A stretch of DNA of 64,000 nt, taken from the NCBI GenBank assembly GCA_963797095.1, contig CAWCNY010000002.1:352001-416000 (forward strand). The letters run 5' to 3'. Each line of letters opens with the position of its first letter. The stretch's first letter is position 1. Origin of the DNA: an uncultured Chloroflexia bacterium. GTDB taxonomy: Bacteria > Chloroflexota > Chloroflexia > QHBQ01 > JADMIH01. Below are positions 26,618 through 35,133 of the stretch, piece by piece. The position numbers and the translations under genes are program-made. Under the pieces are notes generated by a model that ran no database searches, was not told the DNA's origin, and saw nothing but the letters and a program-made list of their open reading frames with translations.

Positions 26618-28393
26618 ATGAGACTAGGCGGTTTTACGTTTGTGCTACATTCGCATATGCCTTTTTACAGGGGAGCAGGGCGCTGGCCTCACGGCGAGGA
26701 GAATTTGCATGAAGTGATGGCCGAAACTTATGTGCCTCTGCTCGCGGCCCTCACTGACTTACGGGAAGCAGGCGTTCGAGCCAGGGTTACTTTGGGCATT
26801 ACGCCTGTGCTTGCCGAGCAACTGGCAGATGAGCAGATCAAGGAGCGCTTCGAGGAATATCTCAATCAAGAGATAGAGGGCGCAACCGACGACATCGAAC
26901 GCTTCGAACGTTCCAACGACTTGCATTTCCTGTACCTGGCCCACTTCTATCTCGATTGGTACCGCAACATTCTGAATACATTTCAGGAGCGCTTCGGGCG
27001 CGATATCATAGGAGGTTTCCGCCGCCTCCAGGATGCAGGCATGGTTGAGGTCCTTACCTCCGCCGCCACTCACCCCTACTTGCCTTTAATGCAGCGCGAC
27101 TCCACGATCCATGCCCAGCTTGCTATTGGCAAGCGCACTACAGCCCGCCACTTCGGCAAAGCGCCTCGCGCTATCTGGCTGCCGGAATGTGCCTACCGTC
27201 CCGGATACTATGCCAAAGGCCCCGATGGCACACGCTATGAACGGCCTGGTCTCGAAGCCTTTTTGGATGCCCAGGGCCTGAGGCTCTTTTTCAGCGAAAG
27301 CGCCTCGATTGAGGGAAGTCGTGTTGTCGGTGAAGCCCGGCGTGAGACACACGAGATTATACGTTCCGCTCCTAACAGCCAGGATACGCTTGATATTTAC
27401 GGGCAGGTGGAACGCGCCATCGACGAGAAGGGTTATGAGAGCGCGGGCTTCGTCACAAGAAAGCATGTGGTTCCATTTGACGGTGGCGGGCATGCCGCGG
27501 GAGCTAACGGGGGCACGTTCGAGCCATATTTAGTGCGCGACTCGGATGTGGCTGTGATAGGCCGCAACCGCGTGGTTGGCGAGCAGGTGTGGGCCGCTGC
27601 CGTCGGTTATCCGGGCGACGGTAATTACCGCGAATTCCATAAGAAAGATGCCGCCCACGGCTTGCAGTACTGGCGAGTGACAGACACACATACCGATATT
27701 GCCTACAAAGAGCCGTATGAGCCGTACCACGCGGGCCAACGGGTGGAGGAACACGCCAAACACTTCGTCTGGCTGCTAGAACAGGAATTACGCGACTTCG
27801 AGGGCAAGCACGGAAAGCAGGGCTTTATCGCGTCGGCATACGACACTGAGCTTTTCGGTCACTGGTGGTTCGAGGGTGTTGATTGGCTCAAGCGGGTGCT
27901 CACTCTCCTTGCCGAGCACGAGGAGATCGAGTTGACTACCGCCTCGGAATGGCTGGAGGCCCACCCTCCCGATAAGGTAATCGACCTGCCTGAAAGCTCA
28001 TGGGGACATACAGGTACCCACATCACCTGGATCAACCCTGAAACGACCTGGATGTGGTCGGCGGTGTACGCAGCCGAGCGCAGGATGGAGGGCCTGGTTG
28101 ACCGTTATCCATCGGCGTATGATGGCACCTGGGAAGCGCTCAACCAGGCAGCGCGCGAATTGGTCTTGTTGGAGGCCAGCGACTGGGAATTCCTCTACAC
28201 GACGGGCCAGGCCCGCCAGTATTCCACCGACCAATTCTCCGAGCATGTAGAGCGCTTCAATACTCTCGCGGGCGCACTGGAATCGCAGGCCGACAACAAC
28301 TCGCTCCTTCAATTGGCACGCGAATACAACCAACGCGATAATCTCTTCCCCGACATAGATTACCGGCTCTTTACGCGCCGGCAGGCGGAATAA
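26618..28393 (+). CDS. GH57 1,4-alpha-glucan branching enzyme (with DUF1957)
   Basis: Motifs VLHSHMPF, ETYVPLL, SAATH.YLP, IWLPECAY, YREFH, YDTELFGHWWFEG, ARELVLLEASDW.F. Confidence 0.92.
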   Translation: MRLGGFTFVLHSHMPFYRGAGRWPHGEENLHEVMAETYVPLLAALTDLREAGVRARVTLGITPVLAEQLADEQIKERFEEYLNQEIEGATDDIERFERSNDLHFLYLAHFYLDWYRNILNTFQERFGRDIIGGFRRLQDAGMVEVLTSAATHPYLPLMQRDSTIHAQLAIGKRTTARHFGKAPRAIWLPECAYRPGYYAKGPDGTRYERPGLEAFLDAQGLRLFFSESASIEGSRVVGEARRETHEIIRSAPNSQDTLDIYGQVERAIDEKGYESAGFVTRKHVVPFDGGGHAAGANGGTFEPYLVRDSDVAVIGRNRVVGEQVWAAAVGYPGDGNYREFHKKDAAHGLQYWRVTDTHTDIAYKEPYEPYHAGQRVEEHAKHFVWLLEQELRDFEGKHGKQGFIASAYDTELFGHWWFEGVDWLKRVLTLLAEHEEIELTTASEWLEAHPPDKVIDLPESSWGHTGTHITWINPETTWMWSAVYAAERRMEGLVDRYPSAYDGTWEALNQAARELVLLEASDWEFLYTTGQARQYSTDQFSEHVERFNTLAGALESQADNNSLLQLAREYNQRDNLFPDIDYRLFTRRQAE

Positions 28394-28473
28394 ACGATTA
28401 GCTATCCCGCCAAGTGTCCTGCTTCGCCGCCATATTGCGCCGGTCCGGCCACGGGATCTCCTCTGCGCCTAAC

Positions 28474-28719
28474 TTAGGCCAGCCCTGAGCCCGGATCGGC
28501 GTCGTTGCTATCCATCTCCAGAGTCAGGTCAATTCCTGTGCCGGTGTCGTCGAACTCACCGAACTGCTCGCCCTCCCCGCTGTTGTTGTCACCGGGCGCT
28601 TCCGCATCGGCTTGAGCCTGGTTTTCGCCGTTTGTTTCTTGCACATCGTCGGTGGCGGGACTGCCGTAATCTTCTATCTTAGGAATACCCTCGTTGTAGT
28701 CGCCGGCATTATTGTTCAC
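28474..28719 (-). CDS. Small, very acidic hypothetical protein
   Basis: 81 aa, GTG start with RBS AAGGAGGA; Asp/Glu/Asn/Gly-rich. Confidence 0.6.
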   Translation of the reverse strand: MNNNAGDYNEGIPKIEDYGSPATDDVQETNGENQAQADAEAPGDNNSGEGEQFGEFDDTGTGIDLTLEMDSNDADPGSGLA

Positions 28720-28860
28720 TTTTATCCTCCTTGGATCCGGTAGTTCTACGTATAATTATCGATCCGGGAGCAAGTGATATGCCAACCGGCGGTTGGTAAG
28801 GGGCCAGGATCGGCGCTTTGGTATAATCACATACTGCAAGTTTACAGGAGGGTATTCGAT

Positions 28861-29277
28861 ATGAAGATCAGCGCTCAAGTTCAAAATAGCCAGGGGAGCC
28901 ACCAGATTACTCTGAGCACGAATGACAATATACATTCGATCACGATACCTCCCAGGTCTTCAGGGTTTGGTTCAAGCGCGAACGGGGGTGAGTTGCTGTT
29001 CCTGGCGCTGGCGACCTGTTATTGCAACGATATTTACCGCGAGGCTGCCAGGAGGAATATCTCCGTACAGCAAGTGGAGGTGACGGTCGATGGGGATTTT
29101 GAGGCGGAAGGAGGGCCTGCCACCAACGTCACTTATCATGCCAAAGTAGTCGCGAACGCGCCTGAGGACGATATCAAAGCGCTGATGCTGTTGACCGACA
29201 CGGTAGCAGAGATCCAGAATACACTGAGGGCGATGACACCTGTTGCGCTTCAGAGTGTCGAGGCTGTATCGGTCTGA
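28861..29277 (+). CDS. OsmC/Ohr-family protein
   Basis: ANGGELLFLALATCYC motif; RBS AGGAGG before ATG 28861; TATAAT upstream. Confidence 0.8.
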   Translation: MKISAQVQNSQGSHQITLSTNDNIHSITIPPRSSGFGSSANGGELLFLALATCYCNDIYREAARRNISVQQVEVTVDGDFEAEGGPATNVTYHAKVVANAPEDDIKALMLLTDTVAEIQNTLRAMTPVALQSVEAVSV

Positions 29278-29294
29278 GATAATGTTGAGTAGTA

Positions 29295-29385
29295 TTCTAA
29301 AAAAGGCAAAATGGCGGTGGAGCCGCCATTTTGCCTTTTTTAGAATGAGATTGTATTCCTGCAAACCCGCATCTAAAATTCGAGC
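29295..29385. repeat. Partial copy of a palindromic MITE-like element (also a likely terminator)
   Basis: TTCTAAAAAAGGCAAAATGGCGG..CCGCCATTTTGCCTTTTTTAGAA..GCATCTAAAATTCG matches 55735-55828. Confidence 0.65.
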
Positions 29386-29419
29386 TGACTAATCACTTAT
29401 CAACTCTTGAACTTCAGGA

Positions 29420-30163
29420 TTATCTTGGCCTTCGGCGCGACTGATCGTACAGCAGGTAAGCGCCGAGAGCGATCAGGACGATGGGCCACAGGGCGAACAA
29501 CCGGAATATACTGGATAGGCCGCCCAGCAAGATCACCCCGCCGGGGATCAGCGCCCACCAGTGCTTGCGCTCAAAGAACCAGATCATGCAGAAGCCGAGA
29601 CCCAGGGTAATCGCCGAGATGCTGCCACCAAAGAGCCAATCTACGGGTGCAAATCCCTCCAGGAACTGTCCCGCACCGATGCCGAGCAGGATGGAGCCGG
29701 GGATCAGGAAGCCGATCCGGTAACCGGGCCTGGTGGTGAAGTAGGCGTACATAAAGATGCCGCCGATCAACAGCAGAACCATATCCCCAAAGCTGGGGAA
29801 GAATCTGAACTGGTCAAGCAAGAAGAGCAGCCCGCCGCCGATCAATACCATCGCGAGGATAGTGCGGTCGCGGTCGCGCCTGGCTGTGGAGGCGTAGTAA
29901 GGTTGAGTGGTGGTCTGCACCTGCCCATAGGTGCCGTATTGAGGCTGCGCGTAGCCGCCGGGCGCGTTCACGTTAGCCTGTGGGTTTGCTCCCGGCAGCT
30001 CGGGGCCGGTGTAGCCGCCGTAAGGCTGCCCAGGGTTGTACGACTGGCCCGAGCCTGGAACTTCCGGCTTTGGCGTTTCCTGAGGAGGGAAATAGCGCGT
30101 CGGGTTGGGGTCGTTTGTAGGAGGCTGTTGTGTTTGTGCGCCCCCATTGGTATAAGAGTCCAT
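29420..30163 (-). CDS. Membrane protein with P/Q/G/Y-rich disordered N-terminus and LiaF/LiaI-like TM domain
   Basis: RBS GGAGGAG before ATG 30163; ILAMVLIGGGLLFLL..LIPG.IL repeats; ends LWPIVLIALGAYLL. Confidence 0.7.
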   Translation of the reverse strand: MDSYTNGGAQTQQPPTNDPNPTRYFPPQETPKPEVPGSGQSYNPGQPYGGYTGPELPGANPQANVNAPGGYAQPQYGTYGQVQTTTQPYYASTARRDRDRTILAMVLIGGGLLFLLDQFRFFPSFGDMVLLLIGGIFMYAYFTTRPGYRIGFLIPGSILLGIGAGQFLEGFAPVDWLFGGSISAITLGLGFCMIWFFERKHWWALIPGGVILLGGLSSIFRLFALWPIVLIALGAYLLYDQSRRRPR

Positions 30164-30218
30164 ATTATCTCCTCCAGACCTGCTTTTTGTAGAGTATATC
30201 TCTCTGTCTATTCTAATG

Positions 30219-30244
30219 TACGCATATACCTGCCGAAAGTTGCG
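30219..30244 (-). promoter_or_regulatory. SigW-like ECF promoter CGCAAC-N16-CGTA
   Basis: Minus strand GCAAC (30243-30239), TTTCGGCAGGTATATG, CGTA (30222-30219), within the 83-bp spacer after nadD. Confidence 0.55.
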
Positions 30245-30246
30245 CC

Positions 30247-30885
30247 CTATTCGGCCACATCTTGATCTTTGTAGAGGCCTTTTGCCTCGATATACTCTCT
30301 TACAGGCTCCGGAACCCTGTACCTGATGGAGCGCCCTTCGCGCACCCGCCTCCGTATATCGGTGGCGGATATTTCGAGCAGGGGTACGTCTACCCAATCG
30401 ATGGCGGCCGTGATGCCGGGAATCTGCGCTTCCAGGCCCGATGTATCCGCCGCGAAGGTGGGCCTGCGCACTACCGCCAGCCGTGCCTGCGCCACTATTC
30501 GCACAGGCTCGCGCCAGCGTGGGAGGTTCATGAGCGAGTCGCTGCCGATGATGAACCACATGGCGACCTCGCCCGCGCTGCCCCACTCGCGCCGCAACTG
30601 CTCCATGCTATCGGCGGTATAGGATGGCCCTACACGGTCCACATCCACCCGCGATAACCTGAACCGGGGATTGCCCTCGATAGCCAGCCCAATCATTTGC
30701 ACGCGCTCCTCGGCTGGCGTGACGGGCTTGCTTTGCTTTAACGGCTGTAGACCGGCGGGCAAAAAGAGCACGATGTCCAGCGACAGGGCTTCGCGCGCCG
30801 TCTCCGCCATGATGAGGTGGGCTATGTGGATAGGGTCAAACGACCCGCCCATCACCCCTATTCTGGTGCCAGGCGTTCCTTTCAT
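30247..30885 (-). CDS. nadD: Nicotinate-nucleotide adenylyltransferase
   Basis: Motifs GGSFDPIHIAH, GPSYT, FIIGSDS...LP.W, ISATDIR. Confidence 0.93.
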   Translation of the reverse strand: MKGTPGTRIGVMGGSFDPIHIAHLIMAETAREALSLDIVLFLPAGLQPLKQSKPVTPAEERVQMIGLAIEGNPRFRLSRVDVDRVGPSYTADSMEQLRREWGSAGEVAMWFIIGSDSLMNLPRWREPVRIVAQARLAVVRRPTFAADTSGLEAQIPGITAAIDWVDVPLLEISATDIRRRVREGRSIRYRVPEPVREYIEAKGLYKDQDVAE

Positions 30886-31730
30886 TCGACCGCTATATCA
30901 GCGTCCGGCCATTTAGCGCGCAAAGCCGCCACCGCTCTCGATACGACCTCTGCCCGCTGGCCTGTGAGGAACCAGAACTCGGCCCGCAAACGGGCCGTCC
31001 CCTCTGCCACACCCTCCACAATCACCGTGGGTGCGGGACTCTGCGCAACCTCCTTTATTCCTGTGAGCGCCTGATTGATATCTTTTGCCATCTCCTGGAG
31101 ACCTTCCAGGTCGGTTGTCTCCAGGCTCACTTTTATGCCTGCTCGTTGCTGGGGAGATGCCGAGCGATTGGTTACGATCTCGGTCAGCATGGTGTTGTTG
31201 GGCACGACAACCTGCAAACCCTCGTCTGTTCTCAGGTGAGTGGTCCTTAGCTCGATCCCCTGCACCGCTCCGGTTACATCTTTCACGGTGATGCGATCTC
31301 CAATACTGAAAGGCTGCTCCAGCAAGATGAATATGCCCGCTACTACATTGCGCAACAGGTCCTGCAACGACAGGGAGATAGCAAGCCCCGCCACGCTCAA
31401 CACCGCTACCAGGCTGGCGAGTTCGACGCCGATGGCGGCCAGCACATTGATGATACCAAGTAGCACGATCCCGATCTGCGCCAGGTTGCCCACAAGACTG
31501 GCTACGTTCGCATTGAGCCGTTTGCCGCGCAGCAGGAGGCGCACGATCCATCGCTTGGTGGCGCTTGCCAGCACAAGCGCCACCAGCAAGATCACCAGCG
31601 CCCTGACGATATTGAACAGGATGGGTTGCAAGGGGTCGTCGGGTGCGAAGATGCCGAGGATAGCGGTCGCTGCGGGCGGTGGAGTGGGGATAGCGATGGG
31701 TAGTGGGGTAGGTGTGATGATCTGGGTCAT
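30882..31730 (-). CDS. Small-conductance mechanosensitive channel (MscS family)
   Basis: Three TM helices; GLAISLSLQDLLRNVVAGIFILLEQPFSIGD.I; V..IELRTT; VVPN. Confidence 0.9.
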   Translation of the reverse strand: MTQIITPTPLPIAIPTPPPAATAILGIFAPDDPLQPILFNIVRALVILLVALVLASATKRWIVRLLLRGKRLNANVASLVGNLAQIGIVLLGIINVLAAIGVELASLVAVLSVAGLAISLSLQDLLRNVVAGIFILLEQPFSIGDRITVKDVTGAVQGIELRTTHLRTDEGLQVVVPNNTMLTEIVTNRSASPQQRAGIKVSLETTDLEGLQEMAKDINQALTGIKEVAQSPAPTVIVEGVAEGTARLRAEFWFLTGQRAEVVSRAVAALRAKWPDADIAVE

Positions 31731-32233
31731 TTTCCGGCAATTGCCTGCAATATGGCTTGCTCCACTTCGCGAGCCTCCATCTGGTCATGCCAGGTGTAAG
31801 AGGCTTTGTGCTCGCTTCGCGTTCCGGTTGGGTCTTGTAGTGCCAGTTTCAGATTATAGAGGTTGGGCAGACTTGCCAGCCAAACCTGCCAGATGAAGAT
31901 GAACGCTATGAGATAGAGCAATAGAACTCCCGCGAGCACCACCCCGTAAAGCACACCTGTTGCGCCGCTTGCGAGCCACATAAGAAGAAACCCCAGCAGA
32001 AAGCACACCGCGGCAAGTACAATGAGTGGGATGGTGCGTTGGTTGAGTTTTAGCCAGTTACCAAGCTTGATCTGCTTGCGTGTAACCAGGCTTGCGCCGG
32101 CGATAGTCTCAATCTCCCACCGCTCAGCGCCCAGCACCAGCCGCCGGTCGGTCACGATCACCTGACCATCTTTTGATGTATACAGCGTGCGCTCTCCAGG
32201 CCGGGTAGTGTCTGTCATGGGTTTGCTTTTCAC
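31727..32233 (-). CDS. Hypothetical membrane protein (DUF6232-like)
   Basis: VIVTDRRLVLG N-terminus, two central TM helices, C-terminal VEQAILQAI; the stop overlaps the mscS start. Confidence 0.6.
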   Translation of the reverse strand: MKSKPMTDTTRPGERTLYTSKDGQVIVTDRRLVLGAERWEIETIAGASLVTRKQIKLGNWLKLNQRTIPLIVLAAVCFLLGFLLMWLASGATGVLYGVVLAGVLLLYLIAFIFIWQVWLASLPNLYNLKLALQDPTGTRSEHKASYTWHDQMEAREVEQAILQAIAGK

Positions 32234-32243
32234 TTCTCATATT

Positions 32244-35111
32244 TTACTTCGTGAACGAGGCTTCTATTGCTTCCTGTAGCGTGGCTACGGCCAAACCCTT
32301 CATGCCGCTTGGAAGATACGGCTTCTTACTGGTTGGTGGGTATATGGCGCGGGTGAATCCCAGCTTGGCGGCCTCCTGTAGACGTCTTTCGAGTTGTCCC
32401 ACGCTCCTCAGTTCTCCTGATAATCCTATCTCGCCTACCAGAGCCAGTTCAGGGGCCACCTGGGCATCTCTGAACGATGATGCCACGGCCACCGCTACGG
32501 CGAGGTCTACGGCAGGCTCGTTTACTTTCAGACCGCCCACTATATTGACGTAGATGTCCTGGTCGGACAGGCTGAGGCCTACGCGCTTGGTGAGCACGGC
32601 GGTTAGCAAGAGTAGGCGGTTGAGGTCTATGCCGTTGGCTGTACGCCGGGGGAGGCCGAAGCTGGTAGAGGAGGTGAGGGCCTGCACTTCCACCAGGATG
32701 GGGCGCGTGCCTTCCAATGTCACCGCTATGGACGCACCGGGTGAGCCGTCAGATCGTTCGGCCAGAAACGCGGCTGAGGGGTTAGTGATCTCTATCATCC
32801 CCTCGTTGCCCATCTCGAACACTCCCACCTCATTGGTGGAGCCGAAGCGGTTCTTTACGCCCCTGAGCAGGCGGTACTGGTGGAACCTGTCGCCCTCAAG
32901 GTAGAGCACTACGTCCACCATATGTTCGAGGACGCGCGGTCCGGCGATTGCGCCCTCTTTGGTGACGTGGCCCACCAGGAAGATCGGGATATTGCGCATT
33001 TTCGCCAGCCGCAGCAGGCGGGCTGTACACTCGCGCACCTGGCTGACCGAGCCGGCAGCCGACGACATTTCGGCCAGGAACATGGTCTGGATCGAGTCGA
33101 CGATCACCAGCCCCGGCCGCAAAGCGTCGATCTGGGCAAGTATCAATTCGAGGTCTGTCTCCGACAGGAGGAGCAGCTTTTCGGGGTTGAGGTCGAGGCG
33201 GTTGGCGCGCAGCTTGATCTGCTGCGGGCTTTCCTCACCTGAAATGTAGAGTATGGGCTTGTCGCTCCAGAGCGCAAGTTCAGAGGCTAGCTGCAAGAGC
33301 ACTGTTGAGTTATGAACGATAAGATCGTTGGCTACGAAGTTAGATAGCTCAGGTACGGTTATATCGTAAACTTGCGCCTCTCCTGCGGGCTTGATACTTT
33401 CGACCTGATCCCAGTAAACGTTACTATGAGCAAGTGTAGTTAGTTCGGGGCTATCCAACACACCAGCAAGCCTCTGTACTGTACTTCTTGTGAGAGGTCT
33501 CTCGTGCCGCCTATTCATTATCCTGGTGCCCAACGACCTGGAAACGTCAGCCATCGTTCTTTTGCCCCTGGCTTGACTGAATTCTTCCCAGAATCGTGGT
33601 CCTGTCGGCACTACGTCACAGTGGGTAGATGGCAGTTGGGGCTGACGCATTGCCCGTATGCGCACTACAGCCTCCGCGCGCCCCATGATCCCAATCTCGG
33701 CCAGGAATTGCTTGATCATTGCTATTCCAAGCAGGGTCACCTCATAGGCCACATAAGGCTGCCAATTGACGCGCAGATTTTCGGTTCGCAGTTTTGCCAC
33801 CAGTCCGAATCTCAACAAAAGGTGTTGCACATCTTCCGCTAGCTGTTTGCTGATGGTGCTGTAAGATATACCGGGCATGCCATACTTATTCACATAGACA
33901 GAGCCGTCGCAGGTAAATAAGACTTTGAGAAAAATCGCCAACTGCTCCCTGGGGAGTGTGAAAATACAGGGAGGGATAGCCTTGTCTCGCGCTCTCTTGT
34001 AACGCAGGCCGATCTCCTCCAATATTTGTGCGATAGGTGTCTTCATTGCTGCCGCATTACGGGCATCGGGCAGCAACCGCTCGACGGGTAGATTTACCGC
34101 ACCCGCCAGCTTTTCCAATTCAGCGAGGCTGGGAACGCACTCTCCCTTTCGCCATGCGCGCAAGATGCTGTAGCTAACTTGAGCGTCTCGCGCCCATTTC
34201 AGCCAATTAATGCCCGATTCTTGCTTGACTTCGACTAATGCTTTCGACACAAGCGCTCTGTTAGCAACCCGCCTTTTCTGGTCAGTACAGAAGCGATATT
34301 GGGCAGCACTGTTCCCTTTCTTCTCCCATTGAACAAGTTTCATGCCAAATTCTGAGGCGATGGCCTCCAGGTCAGCTGCCACTTCCGGCAATGCTGTTGT
34401 AACGGCTATGGTATCTTGTGCTGAGCCATCGGAGAGCACATATGCGATGAGTTTGACGGTAGCTTCAGTCAAAGCTTGGTTGCCGAAGTAGGGGAGTGCG
34501 CGCGGTGTTGCTATGTAATCCCCATTCTTGAGATCGTCCACACATTTCCAACCTTCATTGGTAAGCAATGGGTGCGCGGGGGTGCAGCGCAGCGTTCGCC
34601 CCAGCCTCGTTCTGACCTCAACTATAGGCTTGATCCCCTGGTGGTGGAACATAGTTACCTTGCTCGATTTAAGCTTCATCGTTTGCCGATCCAGGGCAAG
34701 GATTGATCTGTTGGTACTTTCCCATTCAGTGATGGGTAAATAGGCTCCGGTTGTAGGATCGAGTACACGGGTATCGCCTACGACACATTTTCCGATGCCT
34801 GGTTCGCCCCCGATCAGCACCAGCGAACCCTGGACGATGCCCCCGCCCAGCACCCGGTTGAACTCCTCGCCCGGTATCTTTATGCGCCCGAAGTCCTCGC
34901 TTCTGACCTGTGTGATGGGCGTGGGCCTGTTGCCTGTGCCTTCGTTGCGGGTCGAGGATAGCGCCGATGCAGTCGCCGTGGAAGTGGTGGTCACCGTTTC
35001 CACGAAGGTGTTCCACTCCCCACAATCGGGGCATCTCCCCGTCCATTTCGGTTGTTCTGAGCCGCACTGCTGGCAGACAAACATTGTGCGGGACCTTGGT
35101 TTAGCAGGCAT
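32244..35111 (-). CDS. radA: DNA repair protein RadA/Sms precursor containing an intein
   Basis: C4 zinc finger CQQCG..CPDC; Walker A GGEPGIGK|ST split by the insert; IVDSIQT; KNRFG; Lon-like C-terminus. The exteins total 462 aa, a normal RadA size. Confidence 0.95.
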   Translation of the reverse strand: MPAKPRSRTMFVCQQCGSEQPKWTGRCPDCGEWNTFVETVTTTSTATASALSSTRNEGTGNRPTPITQVRSEDFGRIKIPGEEFNRVLGGGIVQGSLVLIGGEPGIGKCVVGDTRVLDPTTGAYLPITEWESTNRSILALDRQTMKLKSSKVTMFHHQGIKPIVEVRTRLGRTLRCTPAHPLLTNEGWKCVDDLKNGDYIATPRALPYFGNQALTEATVKLIAYVLSDGSAQDTIAVTTALPEVAADLEAIASEFGMKLVQWEKKGNSAAQYRFCTDQKRRVANRALVSKALVEVKQESGINWLKWARDAQVSYSILRAWRKGECVPSLAELEKLAGAVNLPVERLLPDARNAAAMKTPIAQILEEIGLRYKRARDKAIPPCIFTLPREQLAIFLKVLFTCDGSVYVNKYGMPGISYSTISKQLAEDVQHLLLRFGLVAKLRTENLRVNWQPYVAYEVTLLGIAMIKQFLAEIGIMGRAEAVVRIRAMRQPQLPSTHCDVVPTGPRFWEEFSQARGKRTMADVSRSLGTRIMNRRHERPLTRSTVQRLAGVLDSPELTTLAHSNVYWDQVESIKPAGEAQVYDITVPELSNFVANDLIVHNSTVLLQLASELALWSDKPILYISGEESPQQIKLRANRLDLNPEKLLLLSETDLELILAQIDALRPGLVIVDSIQTMFLAEMSSAAGSVSQVRECTARLLRLAKMRNIPIFLVGHVTKEGAIAGPRVLEHMVDVVLYLEGDRFHQYRLLRGVKNRFGSTNEVGVFEMGNEGMIEITNPSAAFLAERSDGSPGASIAVTLEGTRPILVEVQALTSSTSFGLPRRTANGIDLNRLLLLTAVLTKRVGLSLSDQDIYVNIVGGLKVNEPAVDLAVAVAVASSFRDAQVAPELALVGEIGLSGELRSVGQLERRLQEAAKLGFTRAIYPPTSKKPYLPSGMKGLAVATLQEAIEASFTK
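33309..34787 (-). mobile_element. Intein (493 aa) with LAGLIDADG homing endonuclease
   Basis: Block A CVVGDTRV; block B LRCTPAHPLLT; LAGLIDADG-like IAYVLSDG and FLKVLFTCDG; blocks F/G VYDITVPELSNFVANDLIVHN followed by +1 Ser; visibly more AT-rich than the exteins. Confidence 0.95.
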
Positions 35112-35133
35112 ATCTCTCCGATTTTCTAGCTCA

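Noticed and set aside
29420-30586. 388-aa version of the membrane protein
   Set aside because: The extension overlaps nadD out of frame; the RBS and promoter motif support the start at 30163.
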